DNA of 64,000 bases from positions 32,001 through 96,000 of the forward strand of contig CAVQUB010000020.1 of assembly GCA_963716725.1 (NCBI GenBank). The letters run 5' to 3'. The position numbers and the translations under genes are program-made. Positions 20,449-30,964 of the stretch are shown here, piece after piece (the first letter of the stretch is position 1; the number at the start of each line of letters is the position of its first letter). Under the pieces are notes generated by a model. The model saw nothing but the letters and a program-made list of their open reading frames with translations, had not been told where the DNA came from and made no database searches. This DNA is from an uncultured delta proteobacterium (GTDB taxonomy: Bacteria > Myxococcota_A > Polyangia > Polyangiales > Polyangiaceae).

Positions 20449-21768
20449 GTGGCGACCAAGAAGAAGCGACCCGAAGTCTCGAACAAGGTTCCTTTGACCG
20501 AGGGTGCGACGCCGTCGTCGGCCTTCGACAACGCCCTGGTCCAGTTCAACCGGGCAGCGAAGATCATCAAGCTGACATCGGATCAAATCGCGCTGATCCG
20601 AGAGCCCCGCCGCATCGTGGAGTGCAAGCTTCCCGTGCGCATGGACGACGGCTCGATCCACGCATTCAAGGGCTACCGCGTGCACCACAACATCGCGCGA
20701 GGTCCGGCCAAGGGCGGCGTGCGCTTTCACCCGGACGTTTCTCTGGACGAGGTCAAAGCGCTGGCATTCTGGATGACCTTCAAGTGCGCCACCATCGGCA
20801 TCCCCATGGGCGGCGGCAAGGGGGGCGTGATCGTCGATCCGACCAAGCTCAGCCTGGGCGAACTCGAGCGCCTCTCACGGCGCTACTTCGCCGAGATGAT
20901 CGAGCTCTTCGGGCCCGACCGAGACGTGCCCGCCCCGGACGTGAACACCAACCCGCAGGTCATGGCCTGGTTCATGGACACCTACTCGATGCACCACGGC
21001 GGCAACTACTTGCCCGCGGTGGTCACAGGCAAGCCCATCGAGATCGGCGGCTCGGTCGGACGCAGCTCAGCCACGGCGCAGGGCATGGTGTTCTGCGTCC
21101 GTCGCGCCGCGGCGCACCTCGGCCTCGGCCTCGCCGGCGCGACCGTCGCGGTCCAAGGCTTCGGCAACGCCGGCTCCTTCGCGGCGAAGCTGCTCGCCGA
21201 GCAGGGCTGCAAGATCATGGCCATCTCGGACGTGTCCGGTGCGTTCACCTGCAAGGCCGGCATCGACACCGACGCCGCCATCGCCCATGTGGCCAAGCAC
21301 AAAACGCTCGCCGGCTTCGATCGCGTGCGGGGCGTCGAGAAGATGAAGGAAGCGCTCGGGCTGCTCGAGCTCCCGGTGGACATCCTGATCCCGGCCGCGC
21401 TCGAGAATCAGATCACGAGCAAGAACGCCAAACGCGTCAAGGCCAAGCTGATTGCCGAATGCGCCAACGGACCGTGCACGCCGGAGGCCGACGACATCCT
21501 GGAAAAGAAGCGCGTGTTCGTGATCCCGGACATCTTGTGCAACGCGGGCGGCGTGGCGGTCTCGTACCTCGAGTGGGTGCAAAACCGCATGGGCTACTAC
21601 TGGCGCTATCCGCGGGTGCTCAGAGATCTGGAGGACATGATGAACACTGCCTTCGACACCGTGCTCGAGACCTCGCTCGAACACGACGTGCCGCTGCGAA
21701 CCGCGGCTTTCATCGTGTCCATCGCCCGGGTGGCCCGGGCGAGTGAGCTTCGCGGCCTCTACGCCTGA
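20449..21768 (+). CDS. gdhA: Glu/Leu/Phe/Val dehydrogenase (glutamate dehydrogenase)
   Basis: GPAKGGVRF, GGGKGG, DVPAPD, QGFGNAG, NAGGV. GTG start with AGGAG RBS. Confidence 0.92.
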   Translation: MATKKKRPEVSNKVPLTEGATPSSAFDNALVQFNRAAKIIKLTSDQIALIREPRRIVECKLPVRMDDGSIHAFKGYRVHHNIARGPAKGGVRFHPDVSLDEVKALAFWMTFKCATIGIPMGGGKGGVIVDPTKLSLGELERLSRRYFAEMIELFGPDRDVPAPDVNTNPQVMAWFMDTYSMHHGGNYLPAVVTGKPIEIGGSVGRSSATAQGMVFCVRRAAAHLGLGLAGATVAVQGFGNAGSFAAKLLAEQGCKIMAISDVSGAFTCKAGIDTDAAIAHVAKHKTLAGFDRVRGVEKMKEALGLLELPVDILIPAALENQITSKNAKRVKAKLIAECANGPCTPEADDILEKKRVFVIPDILCNAGGVAVSYLEWVQNRMGYYWRYPRVLRDLEDMMNTAFDTVLETSLEHDVPLRTAAFIVSIARVARASELRGLYA

Positions 21769-21771
21769 GCC

Positions 21772-22533
21772 ATGCGCATCGCGACCTGGAACGTGAACTC
21801 GATTCGGGCGCGGATCGACGCCGTGGTGGATTGGGTCGGGCGGTTGGAGCCCGACGTCTTGTGCATGCAAGAGACGAAGGTCGTCGACGACGACTTCCCG
21901 ACCGACGAGCTCCAGCGGCTCGGCTACGCGGTGGCCATGGCCGGACAGAAGACCTACAACGGCGTGGCCATTGCTTCCCGCTTGCCCATGCGCGACCTGA
22001 GCATCGGTCATTCGGATGGCGCCGCCGACCCCGAGCAGCGCCTCATCGCAGCCACCATCGGCGGCCTGCGCGTGCTGTCCGCGTACATCCCGAACGGCAA
22101 GGCCATCGACAACCCGAGCTTCGCGGCGAAGCTTCGCTTTTTCGAGCGTCTCACTCGGACGCTCGAACCGCTCGGGAGCGTGGCCTTGTGCGGCGACTTC
22201 AACGTGGCACCGGACGAACGCGACGTCTTCGACCCCGAACAGATGCGGGGTCAACTGCACTTCCACCCGGACGAGCACCAGGCCCTGGCCCGGCTGATGG
22301 CGCTCGGGCTGGTCGACGCCTACCGCCTGCACCACCCGGAGGCCGAGCGCTACTCGTGGTGGGACTATCGCGGCGGAGGGATCCAGAAGAACCAGGGCCT
22401 GCGCATCGATCTGGTGTTGCTCAGCCGCGACTTGGCGGAGAGGTGCACCGGCGCGGAAATCGACCTGGCCGAGCGCCAGAAGTCGAGGCCCTCGGACCAC
22501 GCGCCGGTCTTCGTTGACGTCGATTGCGGCTGA
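21772..22533 (+). CDS. xth: Exodeoxyribonuclease III
   Basis: TWNVNS, QETK, GDFN, SWWDYR, RID, SDHAP. Confidence 0.95.
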   Translation: MRIATWNVNSIRARIDAVVDWVGRLEPDVLCMQETKVVDDDFPTDELQRLGYAVAMAGQKTYNGVAIASRLPMRDLSIGHSDGAADPEQRLIAATIGGLRVLSAYIPNGKAIDNPSFAAKLRFFERLTRTLEPLGSVALCGDFNVAPDERDVFDPEQMRGQLHFHPDEHQALARLMALGLVDAYRLHHPEAERYSWWDYRGGGIQKNQGLRIDLVLLSRDLAERCTGAEIDLAERQKSRPSDHAPVFVDVDCG

Positions 22534-22578
22534 CCCCCCACTGCCACACCGCGCGGGCGTGCGCTAAGACAGCGAGCG

Positions 22579-23172
22579 ATGTTTCGGACTCTCCTGCTTT
22601 CGAGCCTGGCGCTGTGCTTCTCGGCCTGCGCTGCCGCCCCAGCCCCACCGACCACGCCGGAGCCGGCGGCTCCCACCGCACCCGCGCCAAGCGCGCCGAG
22701 CACGCCCCATGCCGACGACGCCCCCGCTGCGACGCCGGTCGAGGTGACACTCGAGGCCAAGAGCGGCAGCAAGCTGGCGGGCAAGGCCGTCCTGGTTGAA
22801 ACCGCCGACGGCGTGAGGGTGACGCTCTCGGTGAGCGGTATCTCGCCCGGGCTCCACGGCGCTCACGTGCACGAGAACGGCGACTGCAGCTCCGCCGACG
22901 GAAAGAGCGCGGGCGGGCACTTCAACCCGGGCGGGCACGACCACGGGATGCCATCGGTCGACCAGCGGCATCTTGGCGATCTGGGCAACGTCGACGTGAA
23001 CGCCGACGGCGAGGGAAAGTTGGAGATCCATGCGCCGGGGGCCAACCTGAAGCCAGGAGATCCGAGCTCATTCTTGGGGCGAGCGATCATCGTTCACGAA
23101 AAGAAGGACGACGGGGGTCAGCCCGTCGGCAACGCTGGCGGCCGCATCGGCTGCGGGGTCATCGCGCGCTGA
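22579..23172 (+). CDS. sodC: Cu/Zn superoxide dismutase lipoprotein
   Basis: HGAHVHE, SAGGHFNP, HLGDLGN, GGRIGCGVI. Confidence 0.93.
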   Translation: MFRTLLLSSLALCFSACAAAPAPPTTPEPAAPTAPAPSAPSTPHADDAPAATPVEVTLEAKSGSKLAGKAVLVETADGVRVTLSVSGISPGLHGAHVHENGDCSSADGKSAGGHFNPGGHDHGMPSVDQRHLGDLGNVDVNADGEGKLEIHAPGANLKPGDPSSFLGRAIIVHEKKDDGGQPVGNAGGRIGCGVIAR

Positions 23173-23173
23173 C

Positions 23174-24262
23174 TCACTCGGCGGCGGTGAGCGATGCCGC
23201 GTGGGCGAGTTCGATTTCACGCAACAACGGCACCGCCGCGACCGCGATGCGACCGCGCTCGAGCAGGTCTTCGGCGGCCGGATCAGCTGCAAAATGCCGC
23301 GTCACCCGCGCCAGCGCCGTGAGGTAGACGATCTCGCGCGCGAGTCCTCCGCCACGATGAACACGCATGGAGATGGCGATGGCCGGGTCGATGGCGGTCC
23401 CCAGCCGACGGAGCAGTCGGACGGTCTCCACGAAGTTCGCGCCACGCTTCACCGCGAGCGCTGCTAGATGCCGCTGCCCCAGCTCCGCGCGGCGCTCGGT
23501 CCCGAGACAACCGGCCCGCTGCTCGATCAGGAGCGCGCGCCCCTCCTCGTCGTCGGAGCCGACCGCCGTGCCCACCGCGAAAATCCCCAATCGCTCGCGC
23601 TTGGCCCGGGCCCGAGGCATCGCGTGCCCGTCGACCTCGTGACGTACGATGCGCTCGGACTCGGACCCCAGGAGGCGCGCGCCGCTTCTGATCACGATCA
23701 CCCCGTCACCTGTCGCCGCCAGCGATACGAGGTCGGGGCGGACGACCACACGAAAGGGCAAGCGCCGCTCGCCCACAGCCTGGCGCATCAGCGAGATCAG
23801 GCTCTGGGTGTTGCTTTCGTCGTCGCTCGCGATGCCGTCCCCGGCGTCGCGTCCGCCCCGATCCCACGCCCACTGGCGCGCCCAACTCAGCGCTTGGTCG
23901 CCGTCCACGCCGGCATCGACGGGGTAGCGTCGGGCAGCGTGGACCTCGAAGCGATGCGCACCGATCTGCTCGGCCAGCTCTGCCTCGATGGCCAGCTCCC
24001 GCGCGCGGGCGGCCAAGAGCGGAAAGACGCCCTCCCACTTCTCGGTGCGCGTCGCGATCGCTTCGAGCGATGCCCGCAGCCCCCGCAGATCGACCAAAGG
24101 CGCAAAACTCCAGGCCGGATCAAGCTCTTGGCCCCGCTTCCATGCCTCCGCGAGCCGAGCACACTCGGTCCGCGCGCCCAGCGGACGACAGCGTTCGATG
24201 AGTGCGATGCTGCGCTCCGCCCGCGCGAGCCCCCGCTCGATCGTCAGGGGCTCTCGGCTCAT
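23174..24262 (-). CDS. DUF1704/MATCAP-like metallopeptidase
   Basis: HEVDGH (HExxxH), EEGRA, RVHRGGG...YL. Confidence 0.7.
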   Translation of the reverse strand: MSREPLTIERGLARAERSIALIERCRPLGARTECARLAEAWKRGQELDPAWSFAPLVDLRGLRASLEAIATRTEKWEGVFPLLAARARELAIEAELAEQIGAHRFEVHAARRYPVDAGVDGDQALSWARQWAWDRGGRDAGDGIASDDESNTQSLISLMRQAVGERRLPFRVVVRPDLVSLAATGDGVIVIRSGARLLGSESERIVRHEVDGHAMPRARAKRERLGIFAVGTAVGSDDEEGRALLIEQRAGCLGTERRAELGQRHLAALAVKRGANFVETVRLLRRLGTAIDPAIAISMRVHRGGGLAREIVYLTALARVTRHFAADPAAEDLLERGRIAVAAVPLLREIELAHAASLTAAE

Positions 24263-25579
24263 AGCTTGTTGGCGGCGATGTTCGCGAGCTCGCTGCGTTC
24301 ACCTTTGGCGAGCAACATGTGCGCGGTGATGCTCTCACCGCGCAATCGATCGGCCGCGACGCTGAGACCGTTGGTGGCGCTGTCCACGTAGGGGTTGTCA
24401 ATCTGGAAGGGATCCCCGGTCAGGACGATCTTGGTTCCCTCACCGCAGCGGGTGATCACCGTCTTGACTTCGTGAGGCGTGAGGTTCTGCGCCTCGTCGA
24501 CGATCACGTACTGCTGCGGGAGGCTGCGCCCACGGATGTAGGTGAGCGGCTCGACCTGGACTTGCCCGGAGTCGAGCAGCTCTTCGAAGCCGCGCGCACC
24601 CCGACGCTTGCCGCCGCCGGCAGCCAACAAGAACTCGAGGTTGTCGAAGATCGGCTGCATCCAGGGGTTCAGCTTCTCCTCGATGTCACCGGGAAGAAAT
24701 CCGAGGTCTCGACCCATCGGCATGACCGGGCGACTCACCAGCAGGCGCGCGTAAGCGCCGTCGTCCACCGTCCGCCTCAGACCAGCAGCGAGCGCGAGCA
24801 GGGTCTTGCCGGTGCCCGCCTTGCCCACCATGGTGACCAGCCGAATCGAATCGTCGAGCAAGAGATCGAGCGCGAAGCTCTGTTCCTTGTTGCGCGGCCG
24901 GATGCCCGAGAGCCCCTCCCGCGGCGTCCGGAGCGCGCGCATCTCGGCCTTTTCGGCGTTGAATCGCGCCAGCCCCGTGCGCTGCCGCGGGCTGTCGTCG
25001 CGCATCAAGACGCAGACGTTCGCGTACAGGTTGGCCTGCCCACTTGCGGCGAGCACGCCGGTCTCGAAGAAGCGATCCATCTCGTCAGCTTTGACCAAGA
25101 GCTCGACCACGCCCGTGTCCAGGTGCTCGACATCCACGGACTGATTTTCGTAGGCCTGAGTCGGCAGCCCGAAGGCGTCCGCGCGAATTCGCAGGTTCAC
25201 GTCCATGGTGACGAAGATGGTCGGACGATCGGGGTACTGCGCCTTGAGCTCGACCGCGCACTGCAAGATGGCGTGATCGCCCGACGAGGGGCGCAATGCG
25301 ATCTTCACCTCGGGACGCGTGCGTCGGCACGTAAACGCGGAGCGTTCCGCCTTCGCTGGTCTTCACGCCCTCAGAGAGCGATCCGTACTTCTCGCGTTGA
25401 GCGTCGAGCAGGCGAGACACCGTCCGGGCGTTCCGACCGCGCTCGGCGTTGTCGCGCTTGAATTGATCGATCTCCTCGAGGACGTAGATCGGTAGGATCA
25501 GGTCGTTGTCCTCGAACTTGAAGATCGCGTAGGGATCGTGGAGCAGGACGTTCGTGTCGAGGACGTAGTTCTTCTTCAT
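24259..25579 (-). CDS. PhoH2 (PIN domain + PhoH ATPase), frameshift at about 25320
   Basis: MKKNYVLDTNVLLHDP PIN start in one frame; GKAGTGKT, RGRS, DEAQN, GDPFQID in the next. Confidence 0.88.
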
Positions 25580-25843
25580 GAGGCTCCGGTCAGCCGCGAG
25601 CGGTACGTGTCGTCTGAGCAGTGTCCTCCCGCGCCGGTTGTCCTGCAACGAGCAATCACGGCGCGCTGCCCTTGCCTGACGTCGCGAAGCGAGCGACCCT
25701 CCGCCGCGTGTGCCCCAGGTTGGCGCTGTTTTCTGCGGCTTTGGTCCTGGGAGCCTGTTCGCTCGCCACGCCGGAAGTCGGCCAAAAAGTAGTCTTTTGA
25801 TTGGTTCGGGCCAAGACTTTCCGAGCCGATCCTGGGTACCCCC

Positions 25844-28195
25844 GTGGGCTTCTCTCTGAAGAGCTTCGTACTGCCTGCCGCCGCCGTGGCCTATGTGTGC
25901 TTCGGTGCGGTGTCGACGCGAGGCGGCACCTGGCCGTGGGTTGCGCTCGTGGGGCTGACCCTCGCGCTCGGGCTGGTGTGGCGCCGAACCGAGACCCCGC
26001 GCGCCGGCGAAGATCACACCGAGCTGATCGCTCGGCGCGTCGTGAGGGCGGTGGCCTGGGGCGCAGCGCTCTGGATCGCCGCGCGCACAGGCAGCGCAGG
26101 CAGCGCGGGCCTAGACGCCGTCGCCAACGTGGGCGTCGGCACGGCCACCGTTGCTGCGTTGGTCGGTCTGGCCCGAATCGCTTCGCTGGGTGGGTTACTC
26201 GCGCCGCCGGCCGCGACGCGCTCGCTCGACGCGGCCGGTTTCGCCGCGTTCCTCTGGGCTATCGCCGTTGCTGCTCCGGCAGCCCGGGCCACTCTGCCCG
26301 AACAGATGCTCCGGCTCGATCCGCTCGCCATCGACTACGCGACGACCAGCGCCGGCGCGGGAAGTTTGTTGGTGCTGGTGGCGGCGAGCCTGAGGCTTCG
26401 CGTTCTACGCCGTCTCGAACTCGGCGCCGCTGATCGCGCCACCGGCTCGCTGGCCTTGTCGTCGACGGCGCTGCTCGTGAGCGTGCCCGCGGCTTTGCTC
26501 GACGTTGCAGCTCCAGATCGCCTGCTTCCCGTCGCGGTGCTGTTGGCCGCGCTCGGAGTGACCTGGGCCGCCGCGACGCGCGAGCCCACCAGCGTGAGCC
26601 GCACCCTCCGCGGAGTGCTCGCTCTCGCCATTTTGGGCGCCCCGACCCTGCTCTTGACGGGCTTCGTCGCGAAGAGCGCACCCGCCCACGCAGGCGCGGT
26701 GGTGCTGGTAGCGTCGATCCTGGCGATCCTGATCGGGCTCATCGCCCGCCGGCTCGCGTCATCTCTCGCACCGGAGCAGGCGCGCTGGCTCGAAGCCATC
26801 GACGAGGCGAGCCGTGGGGCGCTCCAACCGGAGCCCGACGCCGCGATCGTCGCGGCGCTCTCGGCACTGTCGAAGGCCACGGCGGTTCCCGGAGCTCGCC
26901 CTGAGCTGTGGCGGAGCGATCCCGAAGAGGTGTTGAGCGTGGACCTCGCAGGTTACCTGCACGTCGAGCAGAGCGCCGCGCCTGAGCGGCTGTACGAGCT
27001 GGCCCTCGCCGAGCCCGAACGCACGCTGCGTACAGACGTGCTCGCCGCGCTTGAAGTGCGGCGACCCGAGGTCCGCCCGCTGCTCGCGTGGTTCAAGAGT
27101 CGAAAGGCGCTGAGCGCTACCGTCGTGCTCGACGAGGACGGACCCCTGGGGTTCCTGCTATTGCCACGAGGCGCTCGCACCAGCGCGATGATGCTGGAAG
27201 AAGTTCGGGCCATTCGTACGCTGACCGATCGCGTCAGCGCGCTGCTCGCCGTCTCATCCGCGTTGGCACGGTCGCGACAGCGGGAGCTCGCGGCCGTCGC
27301 CCGTGCGAATCGCGCGGACGACGAGGTCGATCGCCTCGGCCACATCATCGGGCTCGAGAGCGGACGCAACGTCGCGGTCGCCGAGCGCGCGGCGCGGCGC
27401 GCAAGGAGCGCCCTCTACAGCCCCGCCGCGCGCATGGCCGCCGACGAGCTCGAGCGCCTGGGTCGGCTCGGCGCGCCCGTCGTGCTGCGCACCCCGGCAG
27501 GAACCGACGCCGTGCCCTTCGCGGCGCTGGTGCACCTGGCGAGCCCGCGCTCTGGCGGACCATTCATCGTCGTCGACGGGAGGAGCGGACCGGACCACGA
27601 TCTCACGACCTGGCAGGACGCCGATCGCTCGCCCCTGGCGCTGGCCGACGGCGGTACGCTGTGCCTGCTCGACGTCGCCGCGTTGCCCGCCGAAGTCCAG
27701 GAGCACATCAGCCGGACCCTCTCGCGCCACAACGATGCGATGACCCGCGGCTCGATCACGCCCGCATCGCTCGTGGCGAGCGTGCGCGATCCGGTCGCGT
27801 CCCTCGCGGCTCAGGGTCGACTCGACGAGACCCTCGCCCGCTTCCTGGGCAGCGCAGAAGTGGTGTTGCCCGGCCTGGCAGAACGCGCGGAGGACCTCCG
27901 TTCGCTGGCCCTCGCGGCCCTCGCTCGAGCTGGCTTGGAGAAGAACGGCCGCCCCATGGGTCTCGACACGTCTGCGCTGCGCCTGTTGTCGGAGCACGAG
28001 TGGCCTGGCAACGACCACGAGTTCGAAGACGTACTGGGGCGCGCGACCCGGGCGGCCGCGGGCTCGGTGCTGACCGCGAGCGATCTCGCGGCCGTGGGGT
28101 TTTCGCCGCTGTCGCCCCTCGCTGCCAGTGTCACGCCGATCCCCGCGGTCACGCGCCGGCGGATCCGGGCGCGGCGTCCGCCTCGGAGCCGTTGA
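25844..28195 (+). CDS. Multi-TM protein with degenerate sigma54-interaction (AAA+) domain
   Basis: About 9 TM helices; GPFIVVD, ADGGTLCL, LPGLAERAEDL, HEWPGN. Confidence 0.7.
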   Translation: MGFSLKSFVLPAAAVAYVCFGAVSTRGGTWPWVALVGLTLALGLVWRRTETPRAGEDHTELIARRVVRAVAWGAALWIAARTGSAGSAGLDAVANVGVGTATVAALVGLARIASLGGLLAPPAATRSLDAAGFAAFLWAIAVAAPAARATLPEQMLRLDPLAIDYATTSAGAGSLLVLVAASLRLRVLRRLELGAADRATGSLALSSTALLVSVPAALLDVAAPDRLLPVAVLLAALGVTWAAATREPTSVSRTLRGVLALAILGAPTLLLTGFVAKSAPAHAGAVVLVASILAILIGLIARRLASSLAPEQARWLEAIDEASRGALQPEPDAAIVAALSALSKATAVPGARPELWRSDPEEVLSVDLAGYLHVEQSAAPERLYELALAEPERTLRTDVLAALEVRRPEVRPLLAWFKSRKALSATVVLDEDGPLGFLLLPRGARTSAMMLEEVRAIRTLTDRVSALLAVSSALARSRQRELAAVARANRADDEVDRLGHIIGLESGRNVAVAERAARRARSALYSPAARMAADELERLGRLGAPVVLRTPAGTDAVPFAALVHLASPRSGGPFIVVDGRSGPDHDLTTWQDADRSPLALADGGTLCLLDVAALPAEVQEHISRTLSRHNDAMTRGSITPASLVASVRDPVASLAAQGRLDETLARFLGSAEVVLPGLAERAEDLRSLALAALARAGLEKNGRPMGLDTSALRLLSEHEWPGNDHEFEDVLGRATRAAAGSVLTASDLAAVGFSPLSPLAASVTPIPAVTRRRIRARRPPRSR

Positions 28196-29093
28196 CGGCT
28201 CCACGCGCGCGCGCGGCGAGCTCGCTCCAGCCCCGCAGCTCCGTCAGCAGCTCCGCGACGGCAGCCCCAGCGTGGGCGGCCTCGGGCGTGACGCCACGCC
28301 GGACGCTATCGGGCAGGGTGGCAAGGGCCTTGATCAGGGTCTTCTGGGCCCGCAGCCCCGAGAGTGCCCTCAGTGACAGCCGCCGACCTGGAGTCGTCGA
28401 GACCAACGAGAGCGCCGCGCCGGTCCAGCTGAAGGGGGGGAACTCCCGGGTCGCCGTCGACAGATCGGTGAGCGGCGATGCCGCCAAGAGGCTGCTCAGC
28501 GTCGCTTGGAAGAGCGACGTGGCTTCGGCAGTCGCCGGCGTCATTTCGGACAGGCCCACGCGCTGCTCGCGTTCGCTCACACGCCGTAGTCCCCGCCAGC
28601 GCGTGATTCGCGGCGGTGGCTTGGCGCCGCGGTAGACCCGACGCCCCACCCAGAAGCTCACGTGGGTATCCAGCCTCACCACCTCGAGCAGCCTCGAGAA
28701 GGTGGCGTGACGGCAGAGCGCGTCGCCGATGGTCTTGGGAGCTCCCGCCAGCTGCACGGTCGCGCTCGCCATCTGCAACAGGCGCTGGGGTCGATCGGCA
28801 GAAAATGGCCCGACCAGCGTCGGATTGGTGGACTGCAGCAGATCGTTCAACGCGCACAGCATGAGCCACTCGCCCGGTGTCGGATCAGGCAGCACGTCCG
28901 TCGGACACAGGCGACGGGCCTTTCGTAGCCGACGCGCGCGTGCCTCGTCCACCGCGGTGGAAGCAAACGCACCGTGCTCCGCCACGCGCAGCGCTCGCTC
29001 GTGCCCAATCGGCGGCAACGGACGCAACTCGCCGCCGGCGAGCAGCGGGAGGAGCACCCGGCTCGCGAGCTCGGCAACCAGCTGCCCGCTCAA
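28149..29093 (-). CDS. Hypothetical protein, possibly an FtsH-ternary-system ancillary domain
   Basis: TTG start overlaps the upstream stop (TTGA); LNDLLQ, RHATF, FWVG..YRG motifs. Confidence 0.6.
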   Translation of the reverse strand: MSGQLVAELASRVLLPLLAGGELRPLPPIGHERALRVAEHGAFASTAVDEARARRLRKARRLCPTDVLPDPTPGEWLMLCALNDLLQSTNPTLVGPFSADRPQRLLQMASATVQLAGAPKTIGDALCRHATFSRLLEVVRLDTHVSFWVGRRVYRGAKPPPRITRWRGLRRVSEREQRVGLSEMTPATAEATSLFQATLSSLLAASPLTDLSTATREFPPFSWTGAALSLVSTTPGRRLSLRALSGLRAQKTLIKALATLPDSVRRGVTPEAAHAGAAVAELLTELRGWSELAARARGAVNGSEADAAPGSAGA

Positions 29094-30556
29094 CTCTTCT
29101 GCGCCCCTTTCAGCGGATTGATGCCCAGGGCGTCGAGCCACACCGTCGGGACTTCTTCCGCGAATACGTTCTCGAGCTCCGTGACCTTCAAAGGTGACCA
29201 CGAGTGACCCTCGACCAGCGCGGTCTCGAGGGGGACAAACGCCGCCATTTCCAGGGCCGCTGCGCTGCCGTCGGGCCAGAAGAAGACCGCGCGATCGGTC
29301 GGCGCGCCCAGCGCACGAAACACGACGTCTGGGGGAACCGCGGGCACCACCCGATATCCCGAGGGCACGAAGACCGAGGGATGAATGCGGCGAAAGAGCA
29401 TGCCCAAGGGCAGAGCGTCGATGCCTTGCTCGCGGAAAACGAAGGCGCCAAACTGCGTGATCGCGATGCGCGTCGTGCGAATCACCTCCGCGCCGAGCGC
29501 ATAGGACAATCGTCGAAGCAGGGGCAGCTCGTCGGTCGGCACCAGCAGCGCAGCCACGGTCGTCGGCGGCGCCATGTCCGGAGCGAGGCGGATCGGAACA
29601 CCTATGCTGGGCGCGCTCGTGAGCGCGCGCCCGGTCTGCGCCTCGATCTCGCTGACGCGAGTCCGGCCAAGAGCGCTCACCTCCGCCATCGCAGGCAGCG
29701 TTGGCAAGTCGAGCGCCGGCTCGCCGCGGCCGCGAAACAGCACGAGCCCGCCTTCGTGAAATACCGGGCACGCCTCGAGCGCGATGGGATGGCGCCAGAA
29801 GACCTCGACGGCGGCGCCGGGCGCGACCGGCACGAAGGGCACGATACCGGGTGTGCGGCAGAGCATGGGCAGCATTCGCTCCGGGAGATCCCGGACCTGA
29901 AACAACCAGCGCCGAAGGGGCTCAGAATCCAACTCCGACTCCGGCGGCCACTCGGCGACGCCCGCCCGGGCCGACACGCTGGACCGGGTGAAATACCCGA
30001 GCAGAGAGGGGCCGAGCCCGGGCTCCGCCAAGATCCAGAGCTCCGAGTGGCGAAGCGACGCCTTGGGGTCGGCATGCGGCATCAACTTCAGGAGCAGCGA
30101 CTGGATTTCGACGGCGCGCTCGACCTCGTAGCTCTGAGAAAAAGCGTTGTGGTAGAGCGCCAGCGCCGCGTCCGTCGCGCTGATCTCGGGGGCGTCGTAG
30201 CCGAAAGGAGCCGCTGCATCTCGGTACTGGACGAAGTGGCGACTGGTCCCCGTGAAAGTGAAACCACCGGCGAGTCGTGCGACGTCGGCCACGCGGTCCA
30301 TGCGGTCGCTGGCTCCGGCGTCGAACGAGAGCGCCACTTCACGTGTGCCCAGCCTGCTCTTCAAGATGTCGACGCGCAGCGAGTCCCCGAGCGCTCCGAG
30401 CGACTGCTGCTCGGTGTACACGGCCAAGAACGCAATCAGCCGATCGATGGCCGGGAGCAGCACGAGGCCTTTGGCGCCGAGGGCAACGCCTCTGGAATCG
30501 AGGCCGAGCCCGGGCACCTTGAGCCGGGTCTGGTGAACCGCAATACGCTCGAGCAC
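29090..30556 (-). CDS. Hypothetical protein, possibly an FtsH-ternary-system ancillary domain
   Basis: GTG start in TAGTG overlap with GGAGG RBS; RHFVQYRDAAAPFGYD motif. Confidence 0.65.
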   Translation of the reverse strand: MLERIAVHQTRLKVPGLGLDSRGVALGAKGLVLLPAIDRLIAFLAVYTEQQSLGALGDSLRVDILKSRLGTREVALSFDAGASDRMDRVADVARLAGGFTFTGTSRHFVQYRDAAAPFGYDAPEISATDAALALYHNAFSQSYEVERAVEIQSLLLKLMPHADPKASLRHSELWILAEPGLGPSLLGYFTRSSVSARAGVAEWPPESELDSEPLRRWLFQVRDLPERMLPMLCRTPGIVPFVPVAPGAAVEVFWRHPIALEACPVFHEGGLVLFRGRGEPALDLPTLPAMAEVSALGRTRVSEIEAQTGRALTSAPSIGVPIRLAPDMAPPTTVAALLVPTDELPLLRRLSYALGAEVIRTTRIAITQFGAFVFREQGIDALPLGMLFRRIHPSVFVPSGYRVVPAVPPDVVFRALGAPTDRAVFFWPDGSAAALEMAAFVPLETALVEGHSWSPLKVTELENVFAEEVPTVWLDALGINPLKGAQKS

Positions 30557-30894
30557 TAGCTGACCTCCACGCCTTCGACCGCCGCGAGGTGTCGGCGCAC
30601 CTGCTCGGCGACCCAGTCGGCTTTCGGCTCGGCGATGGCCGCGCTCCCGCCCGCAGCACGGACCCGTTCCAGGGCAGGCTCGAGGTCGTACTCGAGCTCG
30701 GAGCGAAAGCCGGCGAGGTCGACGGTGGTCGCGGACGGCAGCTCGGTGACGAGCGGTGCGTCGATGGCTCCGCTGATTCTGAACAGCCGGCTCACCCCCG
30801 GCCGAGGGTTGTAGGCCAGAAAGGCGCTCACGCGGCCGTCGACGCCGGCCCGCCCTTCGACGATGCCGCCCGCCAGCATGTAGAGCTTGCTCAT
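30556..30894 (-). CDS. Small hypothetical protein, first gene of a three-gene operon
   Basis: MSKLYMLAGG...; coupled to the downstream gene. Confidence 0.6.
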   Translation of the reverse strand: MSKLYMLAGGIVEGRAGVDGRVSAFLAYNPRPGVSRLFRISGAIDAPLVTELPSATTVDLAGFRSELEYDLEPALERVRAAGGSAAIAEPKADWVAEQVRRHLAAVEGVEVS

Positions 30895-30964
30895 CGCGGC
30901 GATGATAGCCAATGCCCAGCCGATATCGACTCCCCGCTGAGAGACCTATACTCTGGCGGCCGTC

